DNA of 64,000 bases from Neocallimastix sp. 'constans'. Lineage: Eukaryota. The DNA lies in NCBI GenBank assembly GCA_050613775.1, contig JBODTK010000136.1, forward strand, positions 124,001 to 188,000. Reading direction: 5' to 3'. The notes beneath the pieces were generated by a model. The model was not told the DNA's origin and ran no database searches. It saw nothing but the letters and a program-made list of their open reading frames with translations. Both the position numbers and the translations under genes were made by a program. Shown piece by piece: positions 1 through 10,475 of this stretch; the stretch's first letter is position 1, and every line of letters begins with the position of its first letter.

Positions 1-1083
1 AATTATAGAAAATTAATAACGGACGAAAATGAAAGGTTTAAATTAATTTTAGAAGCTCATAATATTGGCCACGAAGGATATTACAAAACATATCAAAGAC
101 TTAAGAAAAACTTTTATTGGAATCATATGATTAAAGATATCAAAAGAATTGTTAGTAATTGTGAAAAATGCCAATTAAATCGTCCTCAACCATATCCAGA
201 ACCAACCGAAAACCATCCAACTAAAGTGGAGGGTCCCTTTGTGCATTTAGGATTAGATATTATAGGACCGTTACCAAAAACAAGAAATAATAATCAATAT
301 ATTATAGTAACTGTTGATTACTTTACCAAATGGGTTGAAGCCGAACCCACTGAAAACATAACTTCCTCTGATATAATTAAATTTTTAATAAACGTTTTTG
401 CAAGACATGGTGTACCTCAAGTTATTACTACTGATAATGGAGTCCAATTCACTTCTGATATGACTAAAATCTTTCTTGATCTTTATGATGTATATGTTAA
501 ATTTGTAGCTACTTACCACCCTGAATCAAATGGCCTTACTGAAAATCGAAATAAAGAAATTGGAAAATTACTCCGTTTATTAGGAAGGAAAAATCAAGAT
601 TGGGATGAAGTTTTACCTTCTGCTTTATGGGCACTTCGAACTACCAAAAATACAGCTACTGGACATTCTAGTTTTGAATTAGTATATGGAAGAGAAGACC
701 AACAGCCTTATGATATAGCCATAAGAACAATTGAAAATGCAGGTAAATCATATGATGAAATCTTAATGGAAAAATTTGTTCGTCATTATCAATGGACTAG
801 AGAAGCATGCGAAAATGTGAAGAATGCTAACAAGTATTGGGCAACAAGACGAGAAGAACAAATAAGTATGAAAAAAGGAAAAGAATTAAAGGCTGGTGAT
901 CTTGTTCTTGTTAGAAACTTTAGCCGCACTAAGCTAGAACCATATTACAATGGACCATTTAAAATTTTAAAAATTCAATTCAACACGGCAACCCTAATCG
1001 ATCAGAAGACTGGAAAGCAACTCGATAGGAATGTTCACTTTAAAAATTTAGTAAAGTTTAACTCCGCTTACAGAGAAGCTTGA
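1..1083 (+). CDS. pol: Gypsy Pol, partial: integrase (HHCC zinc finger, DDE core, GPF motif)
   Basis: AHNIGH..CEKC, LGLDIIGP, TDNGVQF, PESNGLTENRN, YNGPFKI. Confidence 0.95.
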   Translation, partial: NYRKLITDENERFKLILEAHNIGHEGYYKTYQRLKKNFYWNHMIKDIKRIVSNCEKCQLNRPQPYPEPTENHPTKVEGPFVHLGLDIIGPLPKTRNNNQYIIVTVDYFTKWVEAEPTENITSSDIIKFLINVFARHGVPQVITTDNGVQFTSDMTKIFLDLYDVYVKFVATYHPESNGLTENRNKEIGKLLRLLGRKNQDWDEVLPSALWALRTTKNTATGHSSFELVYGREDQQPYDIAIRTIENAGKSYDEILMEKFVRHYQWTREACENVKNANKYWATRREEQISMKKGKELKAGDLVLVRNFSRTKLEPYYNGPFKILKIQFNTATLIDQKTGKQLDRNVHFKNLVKFNSAYREA

Positions 1084-1101
1084 GTCTTCGTCGGGGCATC
1101 T

Positions 1102-1597
1102 TGATAAGAATGTACTAAATAATGCATTCTTAATTAAATCTACGATTTATTTCTAATACATTATGTGTACATTATTATTTTTGTACTTTAATAAATTTTT
1201 AAATCCAAAGATCAAAAATTAAATCAAAAATTATATTAAACTTTATATTTTTATATTAAATCTTATATTAATAGTAATATTTTTATATATTTAAAACTTA
1301 TATTAGCAATATTAATAATAAATCTTATTTTTTTTATATTAATAATGAAAATTTATATTAATAATATTTTTATATATTGATAATTAAAAATTTATATATT
1401 ATATTTTAACTTTTTATTATAAAATTTTATATCGAAATGTTTTATTTTATATTGAAAAATATTTTATTTTATTAAAAACCTTTATATTAGAATAGTATTT
1501 TTATTTTTATTTGAATATTTTAACAGATTGTAATAAAAATTATAGCCAATTAAATAAATTCTTATTAGTAATATTTTAGATATTTTTAAATAAATAA

Positions 1598-1653
<56 letters not shown>

Positions 1654-1952
1654 TTTTATTAATATTATAAATGTATTTTATTTATATTGTTATAATTAAA
1701 TTTTATATAATTAATTATAAAAATCAATTTAAATTTAATAGTTTTTAAAAAAAAAAAATAAATAAAATGTAATTTAGTGGCAAGAACAACTTTTATGCCT
1801 TGAAAAAAAGTATAAATAGTTGTAAATTTTGCTACTAATTTTTAAATATCATCAAATAAAATCAAATAAATTTATAAATAAAAATAATAAATAAATAAAT
1901 AAAATTTGTGTTTCCTTACTTTATTTTTATTTAATTCTCTAAAACCTTAACA
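1102..1952 (+). repeat. 3' LTR of element A (851 bp)
   Basis: TG...CA termini; homologous to 1956-2824 and 9143-10009 (inverted) and 28462-29317 (direct). Confidence 0.95.
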
Positions 1953-1955
1953 TTG

Positions 1956-2297
1956 TGTTAAGGTTTTAGAGAATTAAATAAAAATAAAGTAAGAAACACA
2001 AATTTTATTTATTTATTTATTATTTTTATTTATAAATTTATTTGATTTTATTTTATTTTATTTTATTTGATTTGATTTTATTTTATTTTTTTGATATTTA
2101 AAAATTAGTAGCAAAATTTACAACTATTTATACTTTTTTTCCAAGGCATAAAAGTTGTTCTTGCCACTAAATTACATTTTATTATTATTTTTCTTTTTAT
2201 ATATAAAAACTATTAAATTTAAATTGATTTTTATAATCAATTATATAAAATTTAATTATAACAATATAAATAAAATACATTTATAATATTAATAAAA

Positions 2298-2336
<39 letters not shown>

Positions 2337-2824
2337 CTATCTAAAATATTACTAATAAGAATTTATTTAATTGGCTAAAATTTTTATTACACTCTGTTAA
2401 AATATTCAAATAAAAATAAAAATACTATTCTAATATAAAGGTTTTTAATAAAATAAAATATTTTTCAATATAAAATAAAACATTTCGATATAAAATTTTA
2501 TAATAAAAGTTAAAATATAATATATAAATTTTTAATTATCAATATATAAAAATATTATTAATACAAATTTTCATTATTAATATAAAAATAAAAAAAATAA
2601 GATTTATTATTAATATTGTTAATATAAGTTTTAAATATATAAAAATATTACTATTAATATAAGATTTAATATAAAAATTATAAAGTTTAATATAATTTTT
2701 GATCTAATTTTTAATCTTTGAATTTAAAAATTTATTAAAGTACAAAAATAATAATGTACACATAATGTATTAGAAATAAATCGTAGATTTAATTAAGAAT
2801 GCATTATTTAGTACATTCTTATCA
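1956..2824 (-). repeat. 3' LTR of element B
   Basis: Matches 9143-10009 by eye except for poly-T length. Confidence 0.95.
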
Positions 2825-2842
2825 AGATGCCCCGACGAAGAC

Positions 2843-5800
2843 TCAAGCTTCTCTGTAAGCGGAGTTAAACTTTACTAAATTTTTAAAATGAACATTCCTA
2901 TCGAGTTGTTTCCCAGTTTTCTGATCGATTAAGGTTGCCGTGTTGAATTGAATTTTTAAAATTTTAAATGGTCCATTGTAATATGGTTCTAGCTTAGTGC
3001 GGCTAAAGTTTCTAACAAGAACAAGATCACCAGCTTTTAATTCTTTTCCTTTTTTCATACTTATTTGTTCTTCTCGTCTTGTTGCCCAATACTTGTTAGC
3101 ATTCTTCACATTTTCGCATGCTTCTCTAGTCCATTGATAATGACGAACAAATTTTTCCATTAAAATTTCATCATACGATTTACCTGCATTTTCAATTGTT
3201 CTTATGGCTATATCATAAGGCTGTTGGTCTTCTCTTCCATATACTAATTCAAAACTAGAATGTCCGGTAGCTGTGTTTTTGGTAGTTCGAAGTGCCCATA
3301 AAGCAGAAGGTAAAACTTCATCCCAATCTTGATTTTTCCTTCCTAATAAACGAAGTAATTTTCCAATTTCTTTATTTCGGTTTTCAGTGAGACCATTGGA
3401 TTCAGGGTGATAGGTAGCTATGAATTTTACATAAACATCATAAAGATCAAGAAAGATTTTAGTCATATCAGAAGTGAATTGGACTCCATTATCTGTAGTA
3501 ATAACTTGAGGCACACCATGTCTTGCAAAAACGTTTATTAAAAATTTAATTATATCAGAGGAAGTTATGTTTTCAGTGGGTTCGGCTTCAACCCATTTGG
3601 TAAAGTAATCAACAGTTACTATAATATATTGATTATTATTTCTTGTTTTTGGTAACGGTCCTATAATATCTAATCCTAAATGCACAAAGGGACCCTCCAC
3701 TTTAGTTGGATGGTTTTCGGTTGGTTCTGGATATGGTTGAGGACGATTTAACTGGCATTTTTCACAATTACTAACAATTCTTTTGATATCTTTAATCATA
3801 TGATTCCAATAAAAGTTTTTCTTAAGTCTTTGATATGTTTTGTAATATCCTTCGTGGCCAATATTATGAGCTTCTAAAATTAATTTAAACCTTTCATTTT
3901 CGTCCGTTATTAATTTTCTATAATTTCCATTGTCGATAAAATAATCTTCACCATCAATAACAGTAAACTTTTCATTAATAAATTCCTTTATAACTTTAGA
4001 TAATAATTCTTCATTATTTCCATTAGTAATTTTTGTTAATAATATCTTTCTCTCTTCCTTACTTTTCATTCTTGAAAGAGCATCAGCTAACACATTCTTT
4101 TTGCCTGATTCATATTTTATATTAATTCCGAGCATACTAGCGGTTAGACACCATCTTGTTTGCCTTGCATTCAAAGGTTCTTTATTCTTAAATAAACCAA
4201 CTAATGGTTTATGATCTGTGTAAATAGTTGTAGGTAATGGATTTCCTTCAATATAAGATTTAAATTTAGTCATACAGTAAAACAAAGCGGTTCCTTCTAA
4301 ATCGGTAATACCATAATTCTTTTCAGCTTTCTTTAAACTTCTACTTATAAAGTGTATTGGATGCTCCTTACCGGTTTCTTCTTCTTTTTGTAAAAGAACT
4401 CCACCAATTCCATTATACGAAGCATCAGTTCTAATGATAAAAGGTTTGTCAAATGACGGAAATTTTAGAATAGGTGCATTGATTAATTTTTCTTTTAGGA
4501 GTTCAAAGCTTTCTTGTTGTTCTTTATTCCATTCATATTTGGTATTCTTTTTCAATAATTTACATAAAGGTGAGGTAATTTGAGCATATTTAGGAATAAA
4601 ATCACGATAATATCCCACTGCTCCTAAAAATGATCTTAATTCATGAAGTGATGAAGGGGCTTCCCACTTCTTAATAGCTGTTATCTTACTTTCCATGGGA
4701 CTTAATCCTTTAGTAGTAAGTTTGTGACCTAATACATCAACTTCAGTTTGAAGAAAATGGCACTTTTCAATATTAATTTTTAACTTGTTTTCTTTAAATA
4801 CTTCTAATACTTGTTTAATATGAATTAAATGTTCTTCGATACTTTTTGAATAGATCAAAACATCATCAATAAATACATAAACAAATTCACCAATAAAAGG
4901 GAATAAAATTTTATTCATTTCTCTTTGGAAGGTTGAGGGAGCTCCAGTAAGTCCAAAAGGCATAACCTTAAATTGATAATTTCCAAACTTAGTAGTGAAA
5001 GTGGTTACTTCAACGCTTTCTTCATCCATTAAGATTTGGTGAAAACCAGAAAATAAATCAAGAGTTGTAAATATTTTAGCTCCTCCGAGACTATCAAAAA
5101 TTTCATCTATATATGGAACTGAATAAGAATCTTTTTCTGTCATATCATTGACTTTTCGGTAGTCAATGCACAAGCGCCACTTTCCATTGTGTTTTAGAAT
5201 GAGTACTACTGGAGATGACCATTCTGAACAGGATGGTTCTATCAATCCTTTCTTAATAAGCTTTGTAAGTTCTTCTTTTAAGATATCTGATTTTAATTTA
5301 GTTAACCTATAACTTCTTAATTTTACTGGCTTTGCATTTGCTTTCAAACGGATCTTATGTGGTGAAAGTTTAGAAGGAGTTAGTTCTTCTGTTGAAGTGG
5401 CAACTATGTCAATCATTTCTTTGAGAATTTTAATAATTTGTTCTTTATAATCTTTATTTAAGGTACTTAAAAATTCATCACTCTCAATAAATTCCATTGG
5501 AGTTAATTCCTTTATAATTTCCTTTTCATTATTCGTTTCTTCAACTTTTCTAATAGTGCAGATTATACTTTCTTCATCATAATATTGATTATTTATTTTA
5601 GCTATTTCTTCGTATTCACTTTCTGACAAAAGTTTACATAGACTGTTTAAGGTTGGATGAATAAATAAACAATGATCGATTTGAGTTTTAAAGTTTATTA
5701 ACATATCATAAAATGAGTCTTCTTTCTCAATAATTCTAAAGTCCGCATTAAATTCATAATTATTAATTTTTACTGGTAATCGAACAATAATTCCTTCCGA

Positions 5801-6853
5801 GTATTCTTCATCTTGTGTTGCTAGTTGGATTCTTCCACGACTTTTTCCAACTGTTTCATATTCACCAGGTAATTTATCAAAATACTGCTTAGTAACGATG
5901 CTTAGGTTACTACAAGAATCAATTAAAAGTTTTCCTAGTACTCCGTCAACACTTGCATCAACCATTGCTAAGTCTTCTTCGGCTACTTCATTACTTTTAC
6001 TTATGTAGCTATGGTCATAGTTATTTACTAATAAAGTTCGTGCTATTACATTGTCTACAGTTCCAATTATTTTAGACTTTTCTAACTTTAAACCTTGAGT
6101 TAATTGTGAACGAATTTTAGGACATGCATTCAAGAGTTGACCTATCGTAATACTGGATTTAAGATTATTTAAATCATCCATAATATTGTAAGGTTCTTTA
6201 TTATTCATCATTTTGATATTCCTTTTTACTAATTGAGTATTTCCATTATTAGTTTCCTTAGTTTTTGTTGAAATTAATTTTTCCAAAGTATTAGTTTTAT
6301 TTTGTTGATTATCTTTATTCATTTCTAGATCTTCTATTTCATTATCGATTACAAGTATATCTTCAGATTCAACTTTTTCCTTTCCTTTTGATGAATAATT
6401 GTTGTTTTCTTCTTTACTTTCTCTTACTCTTGTCATATTTCTTAATTCCTTTTCTTTTTGTTTTTCTTTGTTAATATTTGGTTGAGTTAAAATTGAAGGA
6501 AGTATTTGATTTTTATAAACTTTATTTGGTTTATTATGCAGCTCATTTTCTTTCTTCTTTCTTAAAGCAGGAGTTGCAAAAGGACGTGGATTATCTTTTA
6601 AACTTTTATGTACTTTCTTGGAATTATTTTCTTCTTTTTCGCTGTTATTATCATTCATTTTTCTTTTTACAGCATTTATAATGATATCATCCTCACTTTC
6701 AGTTGTGTCACTAAAATCAGATTCTTCAGATTCTTCGTTAAAGGAATTATTATCAATTGGAGTATTCTTAGTAAAAGTATTATTTTGTAAATTATTTAAT
6801 GAAGCTATTGTTTTGTCATTGGGAGTGCTTCTGCTCCCATTTAGAAGTTTAAA
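2843..6853 (-). CDS. pol: Element B Pol (protease, RT, RNase H, integrase), reached by -1 frameshift from gag
   Basis: LIDSCS protease, FIDD RT, RTDAS RNase H, HHCC/DDE integrase; frame open from slippery site 6847-6853 to the ORF-track Met at 6658. Confidence 0.95.
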   Translation of the reverse strand, partial: FKLLNGSRSTPNDKTIASLNNLQNNTFTKNTPIDNNSFNEESEESDFSDTTESEDDIIINAVKRKMNDNNSEKEENNSKKVHKSLKDNPRPFATPALRKKKENELHNKPNKVYKNQILPSILTQPNINKEKQKEKELRNMTRVRESKEENNNYSSKGKEKVESEDILVIDNEIEDLEMNKDNQQNKTNTLEKLISTKTKETNNGNTQLVKRNIKMMNNKEPYNIMDDLNNLKSSITIGQLLNACPKIRSQLTQGLKLEKSKIIGTVDNVIARTLLVNNYDHSYISKSNEVAEEDLAMVDASVDGVLGKLLIDSCSNLSIVTKQYFDKLPGEYETVGKSRGRIQLATQDEEYSEGIIVRLPVKINNYEFNADFRIIEKEDSFYDMLINFKTQIDHCLFIHPTLNSLCKLLSESEYEEIAKINNQYYDEESIICTIRKVEETNNEKEIIKELTPMEFIESDEFLSTLNKDYKEQIIKILKEMIDIVATSTEELTPSKLSPHKIRLKANAKPVKLRSYRLTKLKSDILKEELTKLIKKGLIEPSCSEWSSPVVLILKHNGKWRLCIDYRKVNDMTEKDSYSVPYIDEIFDSLGGAKIFTTLDLFSGFHQILMDEESVEVTTFTTKFGNYQFKVMPFGLTGAPSTFQREMNKILFPFIGEFVYVFIDDVLIYSKSIEEHLIHIKQVLEVFKENKLKINIEKCHFLQTEVDVLGHKLTTKGLSPMESKITAIKKWEAPSSLHELRSFLGAVGYYRDFIPKYAQITSPLCKLLKKNTKYEWNKEQQESFELLKEKLINAPILKFPSFDKPFIIRTDASYNGIGGVLLQKEEETGKEHPIHFISRSLKKAEKNYGITDLEGTALFYCMTKFKSYIEGNPLPTTIYTDHKPLVGLFKNKEPLNARQTRWCLTASMLGINIKYESGKKNVLADALSRMKSKEERKILLTKITNGNNEELLSKVIKEFINEKFTVIDGEDYFIDNGNYRKLITDENERFKLILEAHNIGHEGYYKTYQRLKKNFYWNHMIKDIKRIVSNCEKCQLNRPQPYPEPTENHPTKVEGPFVHLGLDIIGPLPKTRNNNQYIIVTVDYFTKWVEAEPTENITSSDIIKFLINVFARHGVPQVITTDNGVQFTSDMTKIFLDLYDVYVKFIATYHPESNGLTENRNKEIGKLLRLLGRKNQDWDEVLPSALWALRTTKNTATGHSSFELVYGREDQQPYDIAIRTIENAGKSYDEILMEKFVRHYQWTREACENVKNANKYWATRREEQISMKKGKELKAGDLVLVRNFSRTKLEPYYNGPFKILKIQFNTATLIDQKTGKQLDRNVHFKNLVKFNSAYREA

Positions 6854-7746
6854 GACTTTTTGGAATATATTTCTTTTTTATTTTTTTCCATAATCTTATT
6901 TAATTGAGGGCAATAGTATGAGTAATGACCTTCTTCCTTACAGAAGAAGCAAGTTTTAACGGATAAATTTCTCATTTTCTGGGTTGATTCTTCTATAATA
7001 TCTTGAGGTTTCGGTTTATTATTTGTTTGATTTGTTTGGAAAGTTTCGTTTCTTCTTTTAGGATAAAGTCTTGAAGTAGTACTGTTTTGATTATTTTGAT
7101 TATGTTGGGAATTATTAACATTATAGGTATTAATATTATTGTTCCTTACAGAAAGTCTATCTACTTTCTCGGCAATTTTGAAAGCTTTATCCATACTTAT
7201 ATCATCTTTAAGGGATAATTTCTTCCAGGCTTCATAATTATTTTGAATAGAATCAATATAATCTAGTACACCAATTCGCTTTCTTCTCTTTTTATCAAGT
7301 TTAGTGTACAAAGTTCTATATCTTACATTAAAGTCTTTAATCTTTTCGTTTCTTTTAATTCGCATTGCACGAAGTTCTTTAAGAAGTAAATTTTGGTCTT
7401 CTTTAATACCGTAAAAATTTTCAAGACTTGAAATAATTTTTTCAAGAGAAGGAAATTTATCATCATCAACATTTTCTTCTTCATCATCTTCTTCTTCATC
7501 TGATGAATCATCACTTTCATCATCACTATCTTCTCCCAAATCTTCAATAACGCGTTGTACTTCACCAGAGCTGGTAAGTAAACAAGCATTAAATATTGTT
7601 TCCGGATCTGTGATACCTTGTATCTTGATCCAAAGTTTTAATTCAGTAGCCCAGGACTTTATATCTAAATTGTCCTTGCTAAGCTTCACTATGTCTCGTA
7701 ATTCTTTCTTTAATTCTTTAAAACTTAAAGTACTTTTAGTAGACAT
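6841..7746 (-). CDS. gag: Element B Gag with CCHC zinc knuckle
   Basis: CFFCKEEGHYSYYC; directly upstream of pol; homologous to G gag. Confidence 0.93.
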   Translation of the reverse strand: MSTKSTLSFKELKKELRDIVKLSKDNLDIKSWATELKLWIKIQGITDPETIFNACLLTSSGEVQRVIEDLGEDSDDESDDSSDEEEDDEEENVDDDKFPSLEKIISSLENFYGIKEDQNLLLKELRAMRIKRNEKIKDFNVRYRTLYTKLDKKRRKRIGVLDYIDSIQNNYEAWKKLSLKDDISMDKAFKIAEKVDRLSVRNNNINTYNVNNSQHNQNNQNSTTSRLYPKRRNETFQTNQTNNKPKPQDIIEESTQKMRNLSVKTCFFCKEEGHYSYYCPQLNKIMEKNKKEIYSKKSLNF

Positions 7747-7928
7747 TTCGTTTTTAGTTAATAATTTTTTTATTGTAAATTAACGAGGTTATTAAATACG
7801 AATAAATTTGAAAGTCCAACTTTAAAAATATAATTTAACAAGTAATTTAATATCGAATCAAATTTTAAAACAATATATCTTAGTAATTTTTGAAAATAAT
7901 AATTTTATTTGCTTTCTTTAGTAAGTAT

Positions 7929-8116
7929 AAGCTCGAAATCCTTATCGACAACTTAGTAGAAATTATAAAGCACGAGGTTCTTTTCGACTACTTTTTTAAG
8001 AATAATTTTAAGTTCGAAATCTTTATCGACAACTTAATAGAATAATTTTAAGTTCGAAATCTTTATCGACAACTTAATAGAATATTTTTCAAGCTCGAAA
8101 TCTTTATCGACCACTT
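7929..8116 (-). repeat. Five ~40 bp tandem hairpin repeats in the B 5' leader
   Basis: Unit core AAGTTCGAAATCTTTATCGACAACTT (plus strand) with variants. Confidence 0.85.
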
Positions 8117-8696
8117 GAATTTTGTAATTTAGTATATTTGTAGTAATAAATTTAGAAGCAAAGTTTTATTTATTATTTTCACCTTTCAAAAATTTTTCTT
8201 TTTAAACGATAAATATTGTATTGTTATAGCTAATAAAATTATTAATTAATTATAATTATTAAATACAAAAAAATAATCTTTATTGTCGTACAATCTGATA
8301 GTACACACTGTCTGACGTGCAGCTTACCTAATGGTGTCATGCCACGCGTGTGCCACGATTACTATATTCAATATAAAATATAGCAGTTCAGAGCCCACTA
8401 GCCCAATTACTATGTAGGATAAACTTAATCCGATAATCTATGTACGGAATAAAAAAATTTTAAAAGTATTCAATAATATTTTTATTAACTAATAAAAATT
8501 AACTAAAAACACAATATTTTCAAAGTAAATTAAGATTCTTTTACAGGAATTATTAAACAAATAAAGTATCAGTAATAAAAAAAAATAAAAAAAATTTAAA
8601 TGGCGAAGTTAGCCAAAGTCTGATACTTTATATAATAAAGTGCCTTATAACTAGCACAAAGAAAAGTAAAAAAAAATATATATAAAAAAAAACAAT

Positions 8697-8913
8697 CTTA
8701 CGCCTTCGGTGACGTAAGCTCCTTATTCGCCAGTGCTTGGAAAGTACCCGCACCTTCGTGTGTTGAAACGTTGAAGGCTGAACTATTATTACCGGGTCGG
8801 TAACCAAATACCTTCGTCTACTTTCCAATTAATCTCCAAATTAACTACTATTCAATAACCTACTATGAATAGAGTTAATTTGTTGCTATCTGAGAATACA
8901 CTGTGTATGAGCT
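8697..8913 (-). ncRNA. Putative structured cis-RNA in the B leader (homolog in D)
   Basis: Motifs TCATAYACAGTGT, GCACTGG and CTTAYR-TCACCGAAGG-YRTAAG shared with 22089-22324, with compensatory changes. Confidence 0.7.
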
Positions 8914-9118
8914 CTATCCGCTCCTTGTTATAATTTTACAAAATTTGTTTTTTTTTTTGAATCTTAATTTTACTTATTTAAAAAAAATTTTTTTTTATAT
9001 ATATATCAAACAAGCGCCATAGGTTAATCAAAGGATTAACGACTTACTTGTTTATCAATATAAAATAAAAAAAAATTAAAAAAAAAATCTATGTTATTTA
9101 CTATTATTTCTATTTAAT

Positions 9119-9136
9119 TCCCCGATATCGCCACCA
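9119..9136 (-). promoter_or_regulatory. Primer-binding site of B (tRNA 3'-end type, tRNA identity not determined)
   Basis: TGGTGGCGATATCGGGGA on the minus strand, 6 nt after the 5' LTR. Confidence 0.8.
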
Positions 9137-9142
9137 TATAAA

Positions 9143-9484
9143 TGTTAAGGTTTTAGAGAATTAAATAAAAATAAAGTAAGAAACACAAATTTTATTTATT
9201 TATTTATTATTTTTATTTATAAATTTATTTGATTTTATTTTATTTTATTTTATTTGATTTGATTTTATTTTATTTTTTTGATATTTAAAAATTAGTAGCA
9301 AAATTTACAACTATTTATACTTTTTTTCCAAGGCATAAAAGTTGTTCTTGCCACTAAATTACATTTTATTATTATTTTTCTTTTTATATATAAAAACTAT
9401 TAAATTTAAATTGATTTTTATAATCAATTATATAAAATTTAATTATAACAATATAAATAAAATACATTTATAATATTAATAAAA

Positions 9485-9521
<37 letters not shown>

Positions 9522-10009
9522 CTATCTAAAATATTACTAATAAGAATTTATTTAATTGGCTAAAATTTTTATTACACTCTGTTAAAATATTCAAATAAAA
9601 ATAAAAATACTATTCTAATATAAAGGTTTTTAATAAAATAAAATATTTTTCAATATAAAATAAAACATTTCGATATAAAATTTTATAATAAAAGTTAAAA
9701 TATAATATATAAATTTTTAATTATCAATATATAAAAATATTATTAATACAAATTTTCATTATTAATATAAAAATAAAAAAAATAAGATTTATTATTAATA
9801 TTGTTAATATAAGTTTTAAATATATAAAAATATTACTATTAATATAAGATTTAATATAAAAATTATAAAGTTTAATATAATTTTTGATCTAATTTTTAAT
9901 CTTTGAATTTAAAAATTTATTAAAGTACAAAAATAATAATGTACACATAATGTATTAGAAATAAATCGTAGATTTAATTAAGAATGCATTATTTAGTACA
10001 TTCTTATCA
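9143..10009 (-). repeat. 5' LTR of element B
   Basis: Direct repeat of 1956-2824. Confidence 0.95.
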
Positions 10010-10475
10010 ATTGTGATACGGTACCACCATAAATACCATAATTTAATGAAACTTAGGTTAGGAATTATTTGATAAAATCTTATTGGTTAATAATAATTTA
10101 GTAATATTATATATAGTTAGTAAATAATAATAATTTAAAGAATGGTTCTTTTATTAATATTAATTTAGTTTATTAATAATTTAACCTATAAACATGTTTA
10201 TTAGTATAGTTTAGTGTAGTTTTATATTTAGTTTACATTAATAATATGAGAGATTTTAGTAATTAATTATATTTTATTGAATGATTTAATTATATTTTAA
10301 CTAATTAACAACTATTTATATTGATGATGTATTTTTATTGATGAATGATAATAAATAAATAAAATAAATAAACTAAATATTAAAGTGTGAATATTATTAT
10401 TGTGTGTATTATTCTATATAATATTAGAATATATTATTTTGTCAATTATTCCCTACTGTTATCGTCCAAATAAAA

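Larger units (their letters stand above)
1..1952 (+). mobile_element. Ty3/Gypsy LTR retrotransposon A, 3' part (integrase, PPT, 3' LTR); continues upstream of the window
   Basis: Integrase ORF open from base 1 to stop at 1083; GAGTCTTCGTCGGGGCATCT, then LTR TGATAAG...CTTAACA; near-identical to element B on the opposite strand. Confidence 0.95.
1956..10009 (-). mobile_element. Full-length Ty3/Gypsy element B (same family as A), apparently intact
   Basis: Paired LTRs 1956-2824 and 9143-10009, PBS, gag, -1 frame pol (PR-RT-RH-IN), PPT; ATTG on both sides (1952-1955, 10010-10013). Confidence 0.97.

Noticed and set aside
1..3925. Fold-back assembly artefact
   Set aside because: Arms differ at many positions, and B has its own TSD and matching LTR pair
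7929..8116. CRISPR-like array of palindromic repeats (also 29341-29497)
   Set aside because: Inter-repeat segments are short and similar rather than unique spacers; no cas genes; the repeats lie in retrotransposon leaders
10400..10475. Hydrophobic N-terminal signal on C Pol
   Set aside because: It is translated LTR sequence starting at a TTG
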